Shown here: positions 1 to 13,431 of the stretch, piece by piece | Position numbering within the stretch: position 1 is the stretch's first letter | Layout: the number at the start of each line of letters is the position of its first letter | Source: an uncultured Woeseiaceae bacterium | Lineage (GTDB): Bacteria; Pseudomonadota; Gammaproteobacteria; Steroidobacterales; Woeseiaceae | Assembly (NCBI GenBank): GCA_905182415.1 | Contig: CAJJBK010000003.1 | Coordinates: 36,640-100,639, forward strand | Reading direction: 5' to 3' | DNA length: 64,000 nt | Program-made: the position numbers and the translations under genes | Notes under the pieces: model-generated | Database searches by the model: none | What the model saw: the letters and a program-made list of their open reading frames with translations, nothing else | What the model was told of the DNA's origin: nothing

Positions 1-291
1 TAACTTATTATTTAATACAACTATATCAAACCCCTGCAGTTTATCTTTATTCTTTCTAAATGACTCTCTAATAATCCTTTTTATTGTATTTCTTTGAATT
101 GCTAATCGACAGTATTTTTTAGATACCGCTAAACCCAATTTGGTTTGTTGGTTGCTATTTGATTTAAAAATTACAAGGAAAAATTTGCCCCGGCTCCTTA
201 AACCACCAGAAAAAACTTTTCTATAGCCATGCGCTGAGAATATTCGATTAAAACGCTGAAATCGATTATCAACTAACGGCTTCTTTGTAAT
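1..291 (-). CDS. rnpA: Ribonuclease P protein component, partial (3' end beyond window start; 5' end provisional)
   Basis: Reverse frame reads ...KLGLAVSKKYCRLAIQRNTIKRIIRESFRKNKDKLQGFDIVVL, the RnpA RNR-motif core. It lies directly downstream of rpmH. The frame is open from 318 downward but has no ATG/GTG/TTG before the conserved core, so ATT at 291-289 is taken as a provisional start. Confidence 0.8.
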   Translation of the reverse strand, partial: MTKKPLVDNRFQRFNRIFSAHGYRKVFSGGLRSRGKFFLVIFKSNSNQQTKLGLAVSKKYCRLAIQRNTIKRIIRESFRKNKDKLQGFDIVVLNNKL

Positions 292-323
292 TTTGTTCGT
301 AGCTATCTGCGCAGCTAGTTAGC

Positions 324-467
324 TCAACTGTGAGCAGGTGTTAACTGAACGCGGCCTTTCGCACGCCGGCGCTTAATAACCAGTCTTCCACCGGGGGTTG
401 CCATACGAGCCCGAAAACCATGAGTTCGTGCTCTTTTTAAATTACTTGGCTGGAACGTCCGTTTCAT
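324..467 (-). CDS. rpmH: 50S ribosomal protein L34
   Basis: Too short for the ORF track. Reverse-strand ATG at 467 gives [47 protein letters not shown], the canonical L34 sequence. Stop TGA at 326-324. Confidence 0.95.
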   Translation of the reverse strand: MKRTFQPSNLKRARTHGFRARMATPGGRLVIKRRRAKGRVQLTPAHS

Positions 468-584
468 TTTATTCTACCTAGACTCTAATGCTATTTAAGT
501 TTTCAAGGCGGCAAGGTTACTTGTGTGTAAATTAAGTGTCAATAGACAATATAATTAATTATTTTGTATTTTCTTATTTTAACC

Positions 585-593
585 TGTGGATAA
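585..593 (-). promoter_or_regulatory. DnaA box (perfect) in the dnaA promoter region
   Basis: TGTGGATAA is the reverse complement of TTATCCACA and lies 60 nt upstream of the dnaA ATG. A one-mismatch copy TGTGTGTAA is at 522-530. This position is consistent with dnaA autoregulation. Confidence 0.6.
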
Positions 594-652
594 GGTTATG
601 TATACGTTATAGACTAACTTAATTATTAGCCTTAAATTACTTAGTTAAAATA

Positions 653-1987
653 ATGTCGACAGAAAAATCATCTACATGGCTAAAATGCCTAAAATTACTG
701 AGTGGTGAAATCCCAGAAAAGCAATTTAATACCTGGATTCGACCCATACAATCAATCGAGGATCACAATTTATTGAGATTACTCGCACCCAATGAATTTG
801 TTGTACAGCGTTTAAATGATCAATATTTATCACGAATTATCGAGTTGATTTCAGATATAAATAACGAAATGAGGGTCAACCTTGAGGTTGGATCAAGAAA
901 CTCCAACAGTACTAAATCTCATTCTCCCTATAAAACACAAAGATCGTCAGAAAAACTGCCAATTATTCAAAGTCGATTAAACCCTGGCTTTACTTTCGAT
1001 GGTTTTGTTGAGGGTAAAAGCAACCAACTAGCCAGAGCAGCGGCCATGCAAGTTGCAGAAAACATTGGCACTTCTTACAACCCCCTATTTATTTATGGTG
1101 GAGTAGGTCTTGGAAAAACACACTTAATGCAAGCTGTAGGTAATGCACTTTTAACTCAAAAACCAAACGCAAGAATCAGTTACGTCCACTCAGAGCGTTT
1201 TGTTGGAGATATGGTAAGAGGCCTACAGCACAATACAATTTCGGATTTTAAGCGCTCATATAGGTCACTAGATGCTTTACTAATCGATGATATTCAATTT
1301 TTTGCTGGCAAAGAGAGATCTCAAGAAGAGTTTTTTCACACTTTCAACGCGCTACTTGAGGGGCAAAAACAAATCATATTAACTTGTGATCGCTATCCAA
1401 AAGAGGTTAACGGCCTCGAAGAAAGACTAAAATCAAGATTTGGGTGGGGTCTAACTGTTGCTATTGAGCCCCCCGAGCTTGAAACATCTGTTGCAATTTT
1501 AATGAAAAAAGCTAGCCTAGAGTCAATCGACCTCCCAGAAGAAGTCGCGTTCTTTATAGCAAAAAGAATTCGTTCAAATGTTCGAGAGCTAGAAGGCGCC
1601 CTGAGAAGGGTTGTTGCTAACTCCCAGTTTACAGGTGCCGATATAACTTTAGAATTTGCAAAAGACGCCCTTAAGGACCTCTTATCACTCCAAGAGCGGT
1701 TGGTTTCAATTGAAAACATACAAAAGACTGTAGCTGATTACTTTAAGCTTAGGGTTGCAGATTTACTCTCTAAACGAAGAAGTAGGTCAGTCGCCAGGCC
1801 AAGGCAAATCGCTATGACGCTCGCAAAAGAGTTAACCAACCACAGCTTACCTGAAATAGGAGATGCTTTTGGCGGAAGAGATCATACTACCGTTTTACAT
1901 GGTTATAGACGTATACTGGAGTTAAGAGAAACAGAGAATAGAGTTAATGAAGACTATTTAAACCTGTTGAGAACACTGACAGGATAG
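653..1987 (+). CDS. dnaA: Chromosomal replication initiator protein DnaA
   Basis: 444 aa. AAA+ Walker [11 protein letters not shown] and C-terminal DNA-binding signature DHTTVLH. rpmH | dnaA-dnaN-recF-gyrB synteny. Confidence 0.97.
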   Translation: MSTEKSSTWLKCLKLLSGEIPEKQFNTWIRPIQSIEDHNLLRLLAPNEFVVQRLNDQYLSRIIELISDINNEMRVNLEVGSRNSNSTKSHSPYKTQRSSEKLPIIQSRLNPGFTFDGFVEGKSNQLARAAAMQVAENIGTSYNPLFIYGGVGLGKTHLMQAVGNALLTQKPNARISYVHSERFVGDMVRGLQHNTISDFKRSYRSLDALLIDDIQFFAGKERSQEEFFHTFNALLEGQKQIILTCDRYPKEVNGLEERLKSRFGWGLTVAIEPPELETSVAILMKKASLESIDLPEEVAFFIAKRIRSNVRELEGALRRVVANSQFTGADITLEFAKDALKDLLSLQERLVSIENIQKTVADYFKLRVADLLSKRRSRSVARPRQIAMTLAKELTNHSLPEIGDAFGGRDHTTVLHGYRRILELRETENRVNEDYLNLLRTLTG

Positions 1988-2186
1988 TGTGGATAAGGTG
2001 TGAATAATATAAAACAAAATAGTTATCCACACCTTATAAACAAAAATAACACCAATTATCCATAATGTTTAAAGAGAAAAAAATTAAAATAAACCATTGA
2101 TTATATTATATAAAAAATAGTTATCCACAGGGGTCCTTACCCTTAATAATAATAATAATATATATATAATCCTATTTATATAAACA
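1988..2186. other. Candidate replication origin / DnaA-box cluster in the dnaA-dnaN spacer
   Basis: Boxes: TGTGGATAA 1988-1996, TGTGAATAA 1999-2007, TTATCCACA 2023-2031, TTATCCATA 2056-2064, TTATCCACA 2121-2129. These are followed by GGGGTCC 2130-2136 and a 28-nt pure A/T tract at 2143-2170. Confidence 0.5.
2144..2158 (+). repeat. (TAA)5 trinucleotide repeat followed by a (TA)n run
   Basis: taataataataataa is read directly. It continues as tatatatataat to 2170. It lies 14 nt after the last DnaA box. Confidence 0.9.
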
Positions 2187-2195
2187 GGTAAGCTC

Positions 2196-3293
2196 ATGAA
2201 AATAGCCATAAAAAGAGAAGATTTATTGAAATCTTTACAATCCATTATCGGTGTTGTTGAGAGAAGACAAACGATGCCAATTTTAGCCAATATAATGTTG
2301 ACCATTGAGGGGGGCACGGTAACCTTAACAGCGACCGATCTTGAGGTTGAATTAATAGCTACAATTAGTGTTGAAAACACCGATTCAGGCAGCATAACAC
2401 TTCCGGGCCGTAAATTATTAGATATTACTCGCTCTCTCCCCGGTGAAGCTATAATGACTATAGCTGTTTCAGAAAGTAAGGCGGTGGTTACCTCTGGAAA
2501 AAGTAAATTTAGCTTAACAACACTTCCGGCCAATGAGTTTCCTTTGATTCCAGGCATCAATAGCGAACATAAAATCAATATAAACCAAAATGAATTAAGG
2601 CAACTCATTGAAAATACTCAGTTTTCTATGGCTCAGCAAGATGTAAGGTATTATCTGAATGGTTTATTATTAGAGATAGATGGCAATCAACTTAAAGCGG
2701 TCGCAACAGATGGGCATAGGCTTGCTTTTAGTCAAAAACAACTCAGTTTAAGCTCACCGGAAATCAAATCAGTAATTATACCTAGAAAAGGCGTTTTAGA
2801 GTTACAGAGACTGCTTGATGGTACGTCAGATATCGAGATTGAGCTCGGTTCCAACCACATAAAGATAGTTTTTGATTCTATTTGCTTTACATCGAAGCTG
2901 ATAGATGGGCGCTTTCCAGAGTATGAAAGGGTAATACCAAGCGATACCAGCAACCATCTTTTGGCAAATAAAGAGGCCCTTAAAACATCTTTACAACGAA
3001 CCGCCATATTGTCTAACGAAAAATATCGTGGTATTCGTTTAGTTATTAGTGAAAACGAAATAACACTTCAGGCACATAATCCAGAGCAGGAAGAGGCGGA
3101 AGAGTCAATCGATGTTATATACTCTGGGAGCGATATAGAGGTTGGCTTTAATGTGAATTATTTAATTGATGCACTAAATGCAATAGATGCAACCGAGGTA
3201 AGCTTGTCCATGGTTGATGGTAATTCAAGCTGCTTAATCACGGATCCTAATGACACTGAAACAAAATACGTTGTCATGCCCATGCGGCTTTAG
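2196..3293 (+). CDS. dnaN: DNA polymerase III beta sliding clamp
   Basis: 365 aa. Typical clamp N-terminus MKIAIKREDLLKSLQ and C-terminus VVMPMRL. Position after dnaA. Confidence 0.95.
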   Translation: MKIAIKREDLLKSLQSIIGVVERRQTMPILANIMLTIEGGTVTLTATDLEVELIATISVENTDSGSITLPGRKLLDITRSLPGEAIMTIAVSESKAVVTSGKSKFSLTTLPANEFPLIPGINSEHKININQNELRQLIENTQFSMAQQDVRYYLNGLLLEIDGNQLKAVATDGHRLAFSQKQLSLSSPEIKSVIIPRKGVLELQRLLDGTSDIEIELGSNHIKIVFDSICFTSKLIDGRFPEYERVIPSDTSNHLLANKEALKTSLQRTAILSNEKYRGIRLVISENEITLQAHNPEQEEAEESIDVIYSGSDIEVGFNVNYLIDALNAIDATEVSLSMVDGNSSCLITDPNDTETKYVVMPMRL

Positions 3294-3301
3294 GTTGGTA
3301 A

Positions 3302-4369
3302 TTGTCATTAACTTATTTTAAGGCAACAAACTTTAGGGTATTTCAAGACCTCGAGGTAAATCTTCATCCTCAGTATAATCTAATTTACGGCGACAATGCT
3401 TCAGGTAAAACTAGTTTACTGGAGGCTATTGCCTATCTTGGAAGGGGTAGATCGTTTAGAGAGGCAAACACCAAGGAGCTCCTAAAACACGATACGAACG
3501 ATTTCTTGCTTTTTGGTAAAACCTCAAACCTACAACAAGTCGCTAAACTAGGGCTTACTAACGGATCGGGCGGTTTGGGCGTTAGTGTGAATGGTAATCA
3601 TAAGGGTGGTTTAGAGTCTCTGGCTAGAGCGTTGCCCTTGCAAATTATAGATCCTAATATACATAACTTGGTCGCTGGATCACCAGAAGAGAGGCGGAGA
3701 TTTCTTGATTGGGTTGTGTTTCACGTGGAACCAAGCTATTTAAAATTATGGAGGAACTATAAACGATCTTTAAAGCAAAGAAATCTGTTACTAAAAAACA
3801 ATGGCTCTTTAGATGAGATTAGAAGTTGGAATAAAGGGTTTTCGGGGCTAGGTGAATCGATTCATTTACTAAGGTCTTCAGTGTTTGAGATTTTAGAGCC
3901 TTCGTTAGCACAAATCACATCGAACTTTTTGGGTGATGAGGTAAATTTCTCATATGAAAGAGGTTGGCATGACGACGTCAGTTTGGAGCAGGCACTAATA
4001 AAGAATGAGCCTAGAGATTCACACCTTAAGAGCACACAAGTAGGACCGCATAGGGCTGATATAAGTATTTCGTTTGATGCGAGAACAGCAAAAAAACAGG
4101 TTTCGCGCGGACAGCAAAAACTATTAGCTTGCGCCATGGTTTTAGGATCCATAGAAATTGTTCAAGAATATACAGAACAACCTTTATTGTTGCTTTTAGA
4201 TGATCCTGCGGCAGAACTAGACGGTAATTCAATCAAGAAATTAATGGATGAGGTGGTTTTGTTGGGCGCACAAGTAATAGCAACGTCTATAGATTTTAAT
4301 AAAACACTGCTTCCAGGTGAGCCACACGTGTTTCACGTGGAACATGGACAAATAAAACAAATTATATGA
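3302..4369 (+). CDS. recF: DNA replication and repair protein RecF
   Basis: 355 aa with a TTG start. Walker A GDNASGKTSLLEAI and Walker B LLLLDDPAAELD. Position between dnaN and gyrB. Confidence 0.93.
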   Translation: MSLTYFKATNFRVFQDLEVNLHPQYNLIYGDNASGKTSLLEAIAYLGRGRSFREANTKELLKHDTNDFLLFGKTSNLQQVAKLGLTNGSGGLGVSVNGNHKGGLESLARALPLQIIDPNIHNLVAGSPEERRRFLDWVVFHVEPSYLKLWRNYKRSLKQRNLLLKNNGSLDEIRSWNKGFSGLGESIHLLRSSVFEILEPSLAQITSNFLGDEVNFSYERGWHDDVSLEQALIKNEPRDSHLKSTQVGPHRADISISFDARTAKKQVSRGQQKLLACAMVLGSIEIVQEYTEQPLLLLLDDPAAELDGNSIKKLMDEVVLLGAQVIATSIDFNKTLLPGEPHVFHVEHGQIKQII

Positions 4370-4539
4370 TCTAAAATATTGATTTAAATCAATTACTTAT
4401 AAAAATATCTGTTTTTTTTGAGATAATTATTTTTTATATTTATTCTTGATTAAATTAGATCTATCGTTTTTTTTAAAAAATACGATCTATCATATATTTT
4501 TAACCTAATTTTCCATCAAAATGCTATACTTATTATTAG

Positions 4540-7712
<3,173 letters not shown>

Positions 7713-7737
7713 TCCTTAGTCTTTGGATTTATGACGA

Positions 7738-9102
7738 TTAATTATTATTGATATGGTCAGCAACATACTGAGGAATCTCCTCTATCAGCACTCTTTTTTG
7801 CTCCATAGTATCTCTGTCTCTTATGGTGGCAGTATTGTTCTCTAGCGAATCAAAATCGATTGTTATGCAAAGTGGAGTACCTATTTCATCGTGACGGCGA
7901 TAGCTTTTTCCAATGTTGCCTGAATTTTCTACAATAATTCTACCTAATTGTTTTTTTTGCAGGGATGATTTTAACGATGTTGCGGCCGCAACTAGTTGTT
8001 CATTATTTCTTTTTAGTGGTATGACAGCAGCTTTTATTGGTGCGAGATGAGGCTTAAAAGAAAGTACAGTTCTTTCTTTTCCATTATCTAAAGTTTCAAT
8101 TTTATAAGCTTCGTTTAGTAAAGCTAAAACACCCCTATCAACACCAGCAGAGGGTTCAATTACGTAAGGTATTTTCCATTTTTTAGTATTTATATCTTGT
8201 ACAGCTAGCTTGCTATTTGAGTGATTATTTTTCGAGACTTTGGCTTGAATATCAAAGCTTTCTTGTCCTTTCGTGTGTGATCCTAAATCAAAATCAGTAC
8301 GATTTGCTATACCTTCAAGCTCTTCTAGTCCATGCGGAAATTTATACATTATATCAATAGTAGCTTTCGAATAATGAGCAAGATCATTGGGCGGAACAGT
8401 TAGAAGCTCTAAATTTTCTTCGCTTATTCCTTGTTCTAACCACCACGTCATTCTTAGGTCAGTCCAAATTTTATGCCACTTTTCGTCTGAGCCCTCTTCT
8501 ACAAAAAACTCAAGTTCCATTTGCTCAAACTCTCGGACTCTAAAAATAAAATTCCTTGGTGTTATTTCATTTCTAAAGGCTTTGCCAATTTGTGCTATAC
8601 CAAAAGGTAGGTGATGAGGGGTTGAATCTAGGACATTTTTGAAGTTTATAAAAATTTGTTGAGCTGTTTCAGGTCTTAAATAAGCAAATGAACTGCCATC
8701 ATCCACAGGGCCAACACTGGTTTTAAACATCAAGTTGAAAGGCCTTGGTTCTGTTAAATTTTTTGATTTACACGATAGGCATTGTCCTTCGGTAAGATGG
8801 TCCGCTCTCCATCTTGAATTACAATCTCTGCAATCAACCATTGGATCAGAAAACGTATCTTCATGACCTGATTGCTTTAACACCATTGGATTGGTTAGAA
8901 TTGAAGCATCTAGTCCTTCTATGTCATCTCTTTCATAAACCATGGAATTCCACCAAGATTTTTTTAGGTTGTTTTTAAGTTCCACGCCTAAAGGGCCATA
9001 ATCATAGAGGCCCTGTAAGCCACCATAGATGTCATTAGATTGAAAAATAAAGCCCCGTCTTTTACATAGAGCAACTAGCTCTTCCATTGTTTTTGCAGTC
9101 AT
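7738..9102 (-). CDS. glyQS: Glycine--tRNA ligase, single-chain (alpha2 dimer) type
   Basis: 454 aa. N-terminus [33 protein letters not shown], class II motif 2 [21 protein letters not shown], a GVDRG region, and a C-terminal anticodon-binding domain. Confidence 0.9.
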   Translation of the reverse strand: MTAKTMEELVALCKRRGFIFQSNDIYGGLQGLYDYGPLGVELKNNLKKSWWNSMVYERDDIEGLDASILTNPMVLKQSGHEDTFSDPMVDCRDCNSRWRADHLTEGQCLSCKSKNLTEPRPFNLMFKTSVGPVDDGSSFAYLRPETAQQIFINFKNVLDSTPHHLPFGIAQIGKAFRNEITPRNFIFRVREFEQMELEFFVEEGSDEKWHKIWTDLRMTWWLEQGISEENLELLTVPPNDLAHYSKATIDIMYKFPHGLEELEGIANRTDFDLGSHTKGQESFDIQAKVSKNNHSNSKLAVQDINTKKWKIPYVIEPSAGVDRGVLALLNEAYKIETLDNGKERTVLSFKPHLAPIKAAVIPLKRNNEQLVAAATSLKSSLQKKQLGRIIVENSGNIGKSYRRHDEIGTPLCITIDFDSLENNTATIRDRDTMEQKRVLIEEIPQYVADHINNN

Positions 9103-9344
9103 ATTTATTAGATATATCTTAAGTTAAGTGAATTTAGTTATTGATAAATAAGTTTTCTATTTCATTTGATAGTATACCTTGCATTTAATATCTAGTGGAG
9201 GATTGCATCAATAGTTATTTTTAAATAAAAGCTTCATATTCTAATATTAATATATAAAAAAATATTATTTTGAATTATCATGAATGTAAAATTATAAGTT
9301 ATTTTTAAATAAAAGTTATCTTCAATAAATACGGAGTAATCAAC

Positions 9345-10754
9345 ATGACGGCCGCCGATGTAATAGCACTAATTAAAGAAAAAAAAATCAAATTTATTGA
9401 TTTTCGTTTTACGGACACGAGAGGAAAAGAACACCATGTTACTGTTCCATCGCATACCGTTAAAAATGAATTATTTGAAGATGGAAAAATGTTTGATGGC
9501 TCTTCTGTTGGTGGTTGGAAAGGCATTAATGATTCAGATATGATTCTTTTGCCAGACCCTAGCTCTGCAGTCATTGACCTATTCGCCGAAGATGAAACAT
9601 TAAACTTGCGATGCGATGTAATTGAACCCGCCACAATGCAGGGTTATGATCGGTGCCCAAGGTCACTTGCTCAGCGCGCTGAAAATTATCTTAAATCTTC
9701 AGGTGTTGGTGATGATGTTTATTTTGGCCCAGAGAATGAATTTTTTGTTTTTGACGATATTCGTTGGGATGACAGCATGAAAGGTGCTTTTTATGCTATT
9801 GATTCTGCAGAAGCGGCATGGAACTCAGGGACAGAATATGAAGAAGGTAATACCGGACATAGACCAAACGTTAAAGGCGGTTATTTTCCAGTCCCCCCGG
9901 TAGATTCTTTGCATGATATAAGATCAGCTATGTGTATCGCTTTAGATGAAATGGGCGTAGAAACAGAAGTTCATCATCATGAGGTAGGCACCGCTGGACA
10001 GTGCGAGATAGGCGCTAAATACAATACCTTAACTAGAAAAGCAGATGAGGTACAAATATTAAAATATGTTATACATAATGTTGCCCATAGTTATGGAAAA
10101 ACAGCTACATTTATGCCAAAGCCAATAGTAAATGATAATGGAAACGGCATGCATGTTCATATGTCTATTTTTAAAGATGGAAAAAATCTTTTTACAGGCG
10201 ATGGTTATGGCGGGCTTTCTGAGGCTGCTCTTTATTATATCGGCGGTATTATTAAACATGCAAAAGCAATTAATGCTTTCGCCAATCCGGCCACGAATAG
10301 TTACAAAAGGCTAGTGCCGGGCTTTGAAGCTCCGACTATATTGGCTTATTCAGCTCGAAATCGTTCAGCTTCTATTAGGATACCTCATGAAGCAAATCCT
10401 AAAGCAAGAAGGATTGAAGTTAGATTCCCCGATTCAATGGCGAACCCATACTTATGTTTCGCTGCATTGATGATGGCAGGACTCGACGGCATTAAAAATA
10501 AAATACATCCTGGTGATGCGATGGATAAGGACTTATATGACCTTCCTCCTGAAGAAGAAAAAGAATTAAATTTAGTCGCATTTTCTCTTGATGAGGCGCT
10601 GGCAGAATTAGATAAAGATAGAGAATTCTTAAAAGCAGGCGACGTTTTTAGTGACGAATTAATTGATGCTTACATCTCCTTAATGACAGAAAACGTAACT
10701 AGATTAAGAATGACGCCTCATCCTGTAGAATTTGATATGTATTATAGTTTGTAA
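9345..10754 (+). CDS. glnA: Glutamine synthetase type I
   Basis: 469 aa. Motifs [16 protein letters not shown] and [12 protein letters not shown]. The adenylylation-loop-like [10 protein letters not shown] is present. Confidence 0.96.
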   Translation: MTAADVIALIKEKKIKFIDFRFTDTRGKEHHVTVPSHTVKNELFEDGKMFDGSSVGGWKGINDSDMILLPDPSSAVIDLFAEDETLNLRCDVIEPATMQGYDRCPRSLAQRAENYLKSSGVGDDVYFGPENEFFVFDDIRWDDSMKGAFYAIDSAEAAWNSGTEYEEGNTGHRPNVKGGYFPVPPVDSLHDIRSAMCIALDEMGVETEVHHHEVGTAGQCEIGAKYNTLTRKADEVQILKYVIHNVAHSYGKTATFMPKPIVNDNGNGMHVHMSIFKDGKNLFTGDGYGGLSEAALYYIGGIIKHAKAINAFANPATNSYKRLVPGFEAPTILAYSARNRSASIRIPHEANPKARRIEVRFPDSMANPYLCFAALMMAGLDGIKNKIHPGDAMDKDLYDLPPEEEKELNLVAFSLDEALAELDKDREFLKAGDVFSDELIDAYISLMTENVTRLRMTPHPVEFDMYYSL

Positions 10755-10768
10755 AAGATCATGGATAA

Positions 10769-10797
10769 TTACTTGCCCCTATAAATTAGGCGAGTAA
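10769..10797. terminator. Putative hairpin terminator between convergent glnA and pyrD
   Basis: 9-bp stem TTACTTGCC / GGCGAGTAA (one G-U pair) with an 11-nt loop, followed by GTATTTATATTTT on the + strand. Confidence 0.4.
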
Positions 10798-10832
10798 GTA
10801 TTTATATTTTGCTAAGTAATACTTGTATTTTC

Positions 10833-11819
10833 TTATTTACTAAGAATATCGTTTATGATGCTTGGGCCCTTTATTATAAAGCCTGTATACAGTTGCACAA
10901 TATTAGCACCCGCATCTAGTTTTGCTTGATAGTCTGCATTAGAAATAACACCTCCAACACCAATGATTGGAATTTCTGGGGAAATTGTTTTTATATAGGC
11001 AATCATCTCAGTTGATTTATTGAATAGCGGCATACCTGAGAGACCACCTTCAATATCATGAAAAATAACATTTTTTAATAACGTTTTTTCAATCGTAGTA
11101 TTGGTAGCGATAAGGCCACTAAATGAGGAATTATCTATTTTTTCAACAATATTAAGTATGGTACTTTGAGATTCATCGGGTGAAATTTTTAAAAATATTG
11201 GTTTTAAGTAATTTAAAGATTTAATTTCTTTATCAATTCTATCTATAAGTTGGGATATATTTTTGGCACTTTGAAGATCTCGTAATCCTGGTGTATTCGG
11301 CGAAGAAATATTTACTGTAATGTAATCCGCATATTTGTGTATTTTATTAATACAGATTAAATAATCTTCTATTCGTTGGCCATCTTTAGAGTTTTTATTC
11401 GCACCTATATTGACACCAACAATACCATCATAAGATCTATTTTTTAAATTATTTAAAAGATGATCAATCCCTTTGTTATTGAATCCAAGCCTGTTGATAA
11501 CGGCATTTTCGTCAAACACTCTAAAAATTCTTGGTTTTATATTGCCATTTTGTGGCAGTGGAGTAACTGTCCCAACTTCAAGAAATCCAAATCCAAGAGC
11601 GCCGAGACAGTCAATATAATCGCCATTTTTATCAAGTCCTGCAGCAGTACCCAATTTATTATTAAAGCTAAGATTTAGAAAAGAAAATGGTTTTGGTTTT
11701 GGTTTTTTATAAAAAAATTTAAGGATTAGTAAATTATGCAATATTTTAAGAGAAATTAAAGAAAGAGAATGAGCTAGTTCAGGAGGTAAATATTTAATAA
11801 ATTTTAAAAAAATTGTCAA
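10833..11819 (-). CDS. pyrD: Dihydroorotate dehydrogenase (quinone), class 2
   Basis: 328 aa with a TTG start. Motifs LEVGTVTP and NISSPNTPGLR, and a hydrophobic N-terminal extension typical of class 2 enzymes. Confidence 0.92.
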   Translation of the reverse strand: MTIFLKFIKYLPPELAHSLSLISLKILHNLLILKFFYKKPKPKPFSFLNLSFNNKLGTAAGLDKNGDYIDCLGALGFGFLEVGTVTPLPQNGNIKPRIFRVFDENAVINRLGFNNKGIDHLLNNLKNRSYDGIVGVNIGANKNSKDGQRIEDYLICINKIHKYADYITVNISSPNTPGLRDLQSAKNISQLIDRIDKEIKSLNYLKPIFLKISPDESQSTILNIVEKIDNSSFSGLIATNTTIEKTLLKNVIFHDIEGGLSGMPLFNKSTEMIAYIKTISPEIPIIGVGGVISNADYQAKLDAGANIVQLYTGFIIKGPSIINDILSK

Positions 11820-11955
11820 AATTTCACCTTAAATACAAGAGTTGTAGGTTTCATATAAACTTTACTCTACGTCAGAGTTTTATTTGACGAAAGAATTGAG
11901 ATTAATTATAGATAATAATGTATTTTACATCGAATAAATATTTCATAAGGGATAT

Positions 11956-12441
11956 ATGTTTAATTTAATTTTATTTGAACCAGAGATTCCGCCTAATACA
12001 GGAAATATTATTCGCTTATGTGCGAACTCAGGTGCAAAGCTTCATCTAATAGAGCCACTGGGCTTCAGCCTTGATGAGAAGAAATTAAGACGGGCTGGAC
12101 TTGATTACACTGAGTTTGCTGAAATTAAGGTATATTCTTCATTGGCTGCTTGTTATGAATCATTAGATTCACCTCGATTATTTGCATTTAGTACAAAAGG
12201 AGCGGTCAGTCATGATGCTCCGAATTTTAAAAAAAATGATGCATTTCTGTTTGGACCAGAGACCCGAGGACTCTCAAAAGATATCTTAAATTCCAGTATG
12301 GTCAAAGATACATTGAAGATTCCTATGCGCCCTGGAAATAGGAGTTTAAATTTATCTAATGCGGCTGCGATTGTGATTTACGAGGCTTGGCGACAAATAG
12401 ATTATTTAGGTAGTAAAATTATTCAGCCTGAAGATCCCTAG
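11956..12441 (+). CDS. trmL: tRNA (cytidine/uridine-2'-O)-methyltransferase, SpoU/TrmH family
   Basis: 161 aa. Motifs PPNTGNIIRLC and LNLSNAAAIVIYEAWRQ. Confidence 0.85.
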   Translation: MFNLILFEPEIPPNTGNIIRLCANSGAKLHLIEPLGFSLDEKKLRRAGLDYTEFAEIKVYSSLAACYESLDSPRLFAFSTKGAVSHDAPNFKKNDAFLFGPETRGLSKDILNSSMVKDTLKIPMRPGNRSLNLSNAAAIVIYEAWRQIDYLGSKIIQPEDP

Positions 12442-13429
12442 ACATTAACTCTCTAACTGCAATCTCTGGTTTGAGGTTGTTAAATATTATGCGGCTTATG
12501 GTCTTGCAAATAGGCATATCGATACTCATTTTATCTGATAATTTTGATACAGCGGCTGTTGCATCGATACCTTCGACCACCTGATTAATCTCACTTATAG
12601 CTTTTGATATGGATTGTCCTTTTGCGATTGCCAGACCAAAACGCCTATTTCGAGACAGATTGCTTGTGCAAGTTAATACTAGATCACCCATTCCTGATAG
12701 GCCAAGAAAAGTATTTTTATCTGCTCCAAGAGATACTCCAAGCCTCTGCATTTCCACTAAGCCACGATTGATTAGAGCAATGCGTGCATTATCTCCGTAA
12801 TTTAAACCATCAGATATGCCAACACCGATAGCAAGTATATTTTTAACGGCTCCACCAATCTCAACCCCTGTGATGTCTTGCGTGGTGTAAGCACGAAAGT
12901 TTATATCAGAAAGGCTTGATGCAATATATTGACCAAACGTAAGATTATTCGATGCAATCGTTACAGCCGTGGGTTTTTTTCGTGCAACTTCTGATGCGAA
13001 CGATGGGCCAGAAATGACGGCCATATTTTGCTTTATACCAAAAATTTCTTCGCAGATATTATGCGGTAATAGACCTGTATTAACTTCAAAACCTTTGGTT
13101 GCCCAGCAGATATTAAATTTTCTTTTTAAGTTTTTTAACTCGATTAGAATTTCTCTGAAATTATTGCTGGGAGTGGCAATTAAAACAATCTCAGAACCTT
13201 CTGTTGCTTCTTTAAGATCAGAAGACAAATGAATATTATTAGGTATTGTAATACCAGGTAAATATCTTTTATTTTCACGAGTGCTATTTATATTTTTGAT
13301 ATTAGCGGGGTTTCTTCCCCACAGTTTAACTGGATTATTCTTACCTGATAGTTGTAATGCTAATGCGGTTCCCCAAGAACCAGAGCCAATAACTGAAATT
13401 GACTTATGTTCGGATGTTTGTTCAATCAT
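12419..13429 (-). CDS. gpsA: NAD(P)H-dependent glycerol-3-phosphate dehydrogenase
   Basis: 336 aa. GSGSWGTALA dinucleotide fold. Part of the yibN-grxC-secB-gpsA block as in E. coli. Its 3' end overlaps the trmL 3' end by 23 nt. Confidence 0.93.
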   Translation of the reverse strand: MIEQTSEHKSISVIGSGSWGTALALQLSGKNNPVKLWGRNPANIKNINSTRENKRYLPGITIPNNIHLSSDLKEATEGSEIVLIATPSNNFREILIELKNLKRKFNICWATKGFEVNTGLLPHNICEEIFGIKQNMAVISGPSFASEVARKKPTAVTIASNNLTFGQYIASSLSDINFRAYTTQDITGVEIGGAVKNILAIGVGISDGLNYGDNARIALINRGLVEMQRLGVSLGADKNTFLGLSGMGDLVLTCTSNLSRNRRFGLAIAKGQSISKAISEINQVVEGIDATAAVSKLSDKMSIDMPICKTISRIIFNNLKPEIAVRELMSRDLQAE

Positions 13430-13431
13430 GT

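Noticed and set aside
2084-2608. 174-aa reverse-strand ORF spanning the DnaA-box spacer and the 5' part of dnaN
   Set aside because: It is antisense to a confidently identified dnaN. The translation is low-complexity and hydrophobic with no motif I recognise. This is a typical spurious antisense ORF.
9103-9344. Looked for a sigma54 promoter (TGGCAC-N5-TTGCA) and NtrC sites upstream of glnA, and for a T-box leader upstream of the divergent GlyRS gene
   Set aside because: TTGCAT occurs twice (9179-9184 and 9203-9208), but no GG sits at the required 12-nt upstream spacing. No TGCACC-N5-GGTGCA-like palindrome is present, and no T-box consensus (GGGTGGNACCGCG) is present on either strand.
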